DNA from: a virus
DNA length: 17,070 nucleotides
Direction: 5' to 3' (one strand)
Virus record (IMG/VR): IMGVR_UViG_3300045988_030628
Span: 1 to 17,070 of that record
Shown one piece after another: positions 15,122 to 17,070 of this stretch; position 1 is the stretch's first letter; each line of letters starts with the position of its first letter. Under the pieces are notes generated by a model. It was not told the origin of the DNA and did no database searches. It saw only the letters and a program-made list of their open reading frames with translations. A program made the position numbers and the translations under genes.

Positions 15122-15212
15122 GTAGGTGACAGGGATTGAACCTGTTTCACGTGAATGAGCGATGATAGGATTTATTTAAGATTCACGCATTTTACCAATA
15201 AACTACACCTAC
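15122..15212 (-). tRNA. tRNA-like gene: canonical acceptor, D and T arms, CUU (Lys-type) anticodon loop, but a 21-nt insertion in the anticodon arm (non-canonical, possibly non-decoding)
   Basis: Minus strand: GTAGGTG-TA-GTTT-ATTGGTA-AAAT-G-CGTGA-ATCTTAA-[ATAAATCCTATCATCGCTCAT]-TCACG-TGAA-ACAGG-TTCAATC-CCTGT-CACCTAC.
- 7-bp acceptor stem.
- D loop with GG.
- T loop TTCAATC.
- T before and A after the CTT triplet.
- No encoded CCA.
- A 6-bp hairpin (15102-15119, tagtgc/gcacta) follows. Confidence 0.5.
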
Positions 15213-15220
15213 TAAGGGGG

Positions 15221-15256
15221 TAGGTGGCACAGTGGATTGAAAGTCTGCACCACCTA
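15221..15256 (-). ncRNA. Acceptor/T-arm-like minihelix upstream of the tRNA-like gene
   Basis: Minus strand: TAGGTGG-TG-CAG-ACTTTCAATCCA-CTG-TG-CCACCTA. The 7-bp stem nearly repeats the tRNA-like acceptor stem. The loop shares the 8-mer TTCAATCC with the tRNA-like T arm. Confidence 0.45.
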
Positions 15257-15302
15257 TGGCAAACGTAACTCGAATTTTTGTTTATTATCTTGCTACAATT
15301 AT

Positions 15303-15331
15303 ATAATAGCATATGACGATCTAAATGTCAA
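15303..15331 (-). promoter_or_regulatory. Strong SigA-type promoter driving the minihelix, tRNA-like element, p6-like A and SSB
   Basis: On the minus strand: TTGACA (15326-15331), 17-nt spacer, TGcTATTAT (-10 at 15303-15308). The -35 context ATACTTGACA resembles the right-end promoters (GTACTTGACA). It begins 3 nt after the stop of the 85-aa gene. Confidence 0.75.
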
Positions 15332-15334
15332 GTA

Positions 15335-15592
15335 TTATTTGAATTTTTTCCGAACAAAATACTTATCCAAAATGAACTGCTTATATTGATTTTTTATCGT
15401 GTCTGATACGATTTTCGCTGTCATATATGAACTTGCTCGTAATTCAATACGCGGTATAGCTGTGTGCCAACATAAACAGTGATTTACATAAATGTCCACC
15501 ACAAGAGTACCGTTTACCACTGATATGGCTACATCATCCTTGATGTCCTCTTTAATCATTTCCTTTACTAACTTTACATAGTGTTTACTCAT
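15335..15592 (-). CDS. Hypothetical early protein (85 aa, basic C-terminus)
   Basis: ATG at 15592 with RBS AAAGAGGGAA. The ORF-track 100-aa version starts upstream without an RBS. No recognisable motif. Confidence 0.6.
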   Translation of the reverse strand: MSKHYVKLVKEMIKEDIKDDVAISVVNGTLVVDIYVNHCLCWHTAIPRIELRASSYMTAKIVSDTIKNQYKQFILDKYFVRKKFK

Positions 15593-15629
15593 TTTTGTTC
15601 CCTCTTTCTTTCTGGTTTTATTTTGATTA

Positions 15630-15705
15630 GTTTCCACACCTTGTTGGTGCTAATGGGTGAACAGCGTTGAAACTGTAATCGTGCCTAACCACGCACCCTT
15701 GTTAG
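15630..15705 (-). repeat. Structured intergenic repeat, copy 1 (three-way junction plus flanking hairpin; D-armless tRNA-like)
   Basis: About 90 percent identical to 16041-16115.
- Core 15655-15698: outer stem GGGTG/CACCC.
- Enclosed hairpins: ACAG-cgttgaaa-CTGT and CGTG-cctaac-CACG.
- Flanking hairpin: CACC-ttgtt-GGTG (15637-15649). Confidence 0.8.
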
Positions 15706-15717
15706 TTTTGACTAACT

Positions 15718-16005
15718 TTATGCATTTTTAGTATTTCTAGGTGGAAGGACTGTAGCGTATCTGATAAAGTCCTCTTCTGTCATTCCAAGAAGTAAATCCT
15801 CAACCTTAGTACTGTTGATATTTACAAGCTTGAATGTATCGGTCTGGAAAAGCTTCTGTAGCTTTTTGAGCAGAATTTCGTTAGTGTCGTATGTGCCACC
15901 GATAGTGTACTCACGTATCTGTACTTCTGCCGTTGTGACATCAATCGTCATAACTTCTGCCGTTGTCTGGGTTACTGTCCTTGTTACCATTTTTTCTCTT
16001 GCCAT
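15718..16005 (-). CDS. p6-like histone-like dsDNA-binding protein, paralogue B
   Basis: 95 aa from ATG 16005 (RBS AAGAGGT). The 126-aa ORF-track version extends through the structured repeat and is rejected. Paralogous to 14749-15051. Confidence 0.5.
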   Translation of the reverse strand: MAREKMVTRTVTQTTAEVMTIDVTTAEVQIREYTIGGTYDTNEILLKKLQKLFQTDTFKLVNINSTKVEDLLLGMTEEDFIRYATVLPPRNTKNA

Positions 16006-16040
16006 AGTAATACCTCTTCTTTCTATTGCGTTGTTTATTG

Positions 16041-16115
16041 GTTTCTGCACCATGTAGGTGCTAATGGGCGGACAGCGTTGAAACTGTAATCGTGCCAACC
16101 ACGCGCCCTTGTTGT
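16041..16115 (-). repeat. Structured intergenic repeat, copy 2
   Basis: Core 16066-16108: outer stem GGGCG/CGCCC, a compensatory change relative to copy 1. It encloses ACAG-cgttgaaa-CTGT and CGTG-ccaac-CACG. The flanking hairpin is GCACC-atgta-GGTGC (16047-16061). Confidence 0.8.
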
Positions 16116-16313
16116 TTACATTACATAACCTTCGTCTATGGCATATGAAAGTGTGTACTCATTCACAAAGATTATTTCTTTGACTCCACCTTCATCATAC
16201 TCATAGCACTCATTATTTTCATGTATTCTAACTAACCCTAAAGTAAAGTCAATACCGTCACATTCATCAAATTGTGAAGAATCACCATTCCAAAAAGTTA
16301 TAAGTAAACTCAT
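16116..16313 (-). CDS. Small, highly acidic early protein (65 aa)
   Basis: ATG at 16313 with RBS AAGGGGG 7 nt upstream. The track start at 16319 is a GTG 1 nt from the RBS. There are about 14 Asp/Glu against 2 Lys/Arg. No recognisable motif. Confidence 0.6.
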   Translation of the reverse strand: MSLLITFWNGDSSQFDECDGIDFTLGLVRIHENNECYEYDEGGVKEIIFVNEYTLSYAIDEGYVM

Positions 16314-16325
16314 ATTCACACCCCC

Positions 16326-16661
16326 TTATACTTCACGGTAGGTTACACGTTCCTTGCAACCCCATGTACCACGTCCATAGTCTTTATCAAATTTTGAAAT
16401 ATGTTGTGCTGATGTGTTAGTGTAACCGTAAACACCTCTTAGAAAGTCATAGCAAGTGTCTGAACTTTTCTCAATAATTGCTACTACTGTATTGTAACTA
16501 CGTAAAACGTAGAAACTAGGTGTTTCGTAAACGTATGCCTGGCATGAGCGAAGTCGCTTGCCTACACTAATTGAACAGTAATTCAATTCCTCATTAAAAC
16601 GATCGACTGCCGCTAACACTTCATTGTTAACTTGTATCTGTAATTTTTTACATATTCTCAT
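16326..16661 (-). CDS. Hypothetical early protein (111 aa)
   Basis: ATG at 16661 with RBS AGGGGGT. It contains FYVLRSYNTVVA...YGYTNTSAQHISKF, a pattern I have seen in mobile-element proteins but cannot name. Confidence 0.65.
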   Translation of the reverse strand: MRICKKLQIQVNNEVLAAVDRFNEELNYCSISVGKRLRSCQAYVYETPSFYVLRSYNTVVAIIEKSSDTCYDFLRGVYGYTNTSAQHISKFDKDYGRGTWGCKERVTYREV

Positions 16662-16682
16662 GATAATACCCCCTATTTGTAA

Positions 16683-16856
16683 CTAATTATTTTCTTTCCA
16701 TACCTCATATAACAATGACCATGCTTGATTGAGTTTTTCGTTGAAATCTTGCTTTCCGCATTCACGATCCATTTTAACTGTCAAGTCATAGACTCGATCT
16801 TCCAAGTCCTTTATAGTTTCTAAGTTCTCAATATAAAACGCTTTTTTCGGCTTCAT
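16683..16856 (-). CDS. Small early protein (57 aa), not in the ORF track
   Basis: My own translation: MKPKKAFYIENLETIKDLEDRVYDLTVKMDRECGKQDFNEKLNQAWSLLYEVWKENN*. RBS AAAGGTGGA lies 6 nt upstream of ATG 16856. It is the first ORF downstream of the right-end promoters, and its stop is 21 nt before the next gene's start. Confidence 0.6.
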   Translation of the reverse strand: MKPKKAFYIENLETIKDLEDRVYDLTVKMDRECGKQDFNEKLNQAWSLLYEVWKENN

Positions 16857-16890
16857 TTTGTTTCCACCTTTTTCTTTTCTTTGTACCTTT

Positions 16891-16919
16891 ATTATATCAT
16901 ATGGTTACTTGTTTGTCAA
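16891..16919 (-). promoter_or_regulatory. Right-end early promoter P2 (perfect consensus)
   Basis: On the minus strand: TTGACA (16914-16919), 17-nt spacer, TATAAT (16891-16896), followed by AAAGGTACAAAGA. Confidence 0.85.
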
Positions 16920-16984
16920 GTACTTTCTTGTACTTTTTTATTTTTTCTTTTTTATCACTTCCGATCTTCTTTCTTTGTACCTTT

Positions 16985-17013
16985 ATTATAGCACAGGTGC
17001 TGGCACTTGTCAA
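16985..17013 (-). promoter_or_regulatory. Right-end early promoter P1 (perfect consensus)
   Basis: On the minus strand: TTGACA (17008-17013), 17-nt spacer, TGcTATAAT (-10 at 16985-16990), followed by the same AAAGGTACAAAGA. It lies 94 bp upstream of P2 and ~38 bp from the ITR. Confidence 0.85.
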
Positions 17014-17050
17014 GTACTTGTGTGAAAAAATTTTGGGGGAAACTGGTATC

Positions 17051-17070
17051 GGGTTTGAACTTTAATGGGG
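17051..17070. repeat. Right inverted terminal repeat (20 bp), genome terminus
   Basis: Exact reverse complement of bases 1-20. Confidence 0.95.

Noticed and set aside
15122-15212. Calling the cloverleaf a standard, functional tRNA-Lys gene.
   Set aside because: The 21-nt insertion leaves no normal 7-nt anticodon loop closed by a 5-bp stem. No CCA is encoded, and no bacterial splicing mechanism is known for so short an insert. It is reported as tRNA-like or atypical rather than as a decoding tRNA.
15052-15334. A short minus-strand ORF starting at ATG 15312 (~40 codons) in the 283-nt gap.
   Set aside because: The ATG lies inside the promoter spacer, upstream of the predicted transcription start. 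It has no RBS, and the frame runs through the minihelix and the tRNA-like stems.
295-16057. Antisense or nested ORFs of 60-115 aa from the track. Plus strand: 295-495, 1858-2040, 2080-2331, 3809-4039, 4438-4755, 6194-6388, 6518-6790, 7446-7685, 7457-7759, 9332-9517, 9474-9755, 12991-13338, 14539-14793, 14803-14991, 15815-16057. Minus strand: 6657-6848, 10356-10562, 10701-10895.
   Set aside because: Each lies entirely inside, and mostly opposite to, a gene with strong motif or synteny support. I could see no Shine-Dalgarno sequence before them. Their products are low-complexity (Ser/Leu/Phe-rich), as expected from reading AT-rich coding DNA on the wrong strand or frame.
15630-16115. The two ~76-nt repeats as a CRISPR array or a transposon/MITE.
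   Set aside because: There are only two copies, 411 bp apart, and the interval between them is a coding gene rather than a spacer. The copies are direct repeats without terminal inverted repeats or target-site duplications. They are internally structured, with a compensatory change, which fits an RNA element better.
15593-16115. SigA-type promoters inside the repeated intergenic elements.
   Set aside because: The best matches are poor in both hexamers or have a wrong spacer: TTACAG-17-CATTAG and TTAGCA-19-AATAAA. These gaps are more likely transcribed as part of the operon from the right-end promoters.
1-17070. Lysogeny or mobile-element functions (integrase, repressor, att sites, transposase) and CRISPR arrays.
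   Set aside because: No ORF shows recombinase or repressor motifs, and every ORF of meaningful size is accounted for. The genome has the architecture of a strictly lytic protein-primed podovirus.

Overview
The window appears to be a complete 17,070-bp linear genome of a phi29-like, protein-primed podovirus from a low-GC Gram-positive host. It is bounded by perfect 20-bp inverted terminal repeats (5'-CCCCATTAAAGTTCAAACCC on each strand).

Nearly all genes are on the minus strand:
- Early block: two tandem, perfect-consensus SigA-type promoters at the right end drive small early genes, two paralogous p6-like DNA-binding proteins and a p5-like SSB. After an intrinsic terminator come a candidate terminal protein, a family-B protein-primed DNA polymerase and a small lipoprotein.
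- Late block: it starts at an overlapping divergent promoter pair near 10.25 kb. It encodes holin, a DUF4406-like protein, an Amidase_5 + 2xCW_7 endolysin, a tail-associated lysin, scaffold, major capsid, tail knob, portal, lower collar and an 869-aa tailspike with two predicted enzymatic domains.
- Only the gp16-like packaging ATPase is on the plus strand.

Most interesting signals:
1. A family of three tRNA-derived structured elements occupies successive intergenic gaps of the early operon. One is a near-canonical cloverleaf (anticodon CUU) with a 21-nt insertion in the anticodon arm, preceded by its own strong promoter and an acceptor/T-arm minihelix. The other two are ~76-nt repeat copies whose closing stem shows a compensatory T:A to C:G change.
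2. A 117-nt three-way-junction RNA candidate lies immediately downstream of the packaging ATPase. Its size, topology and loop-loop complementarity are those expected of a prohead (pRNA) packaging RNA.

All protein family calls rest on motifs read by eye and on synteny with phi29. No database search was run.
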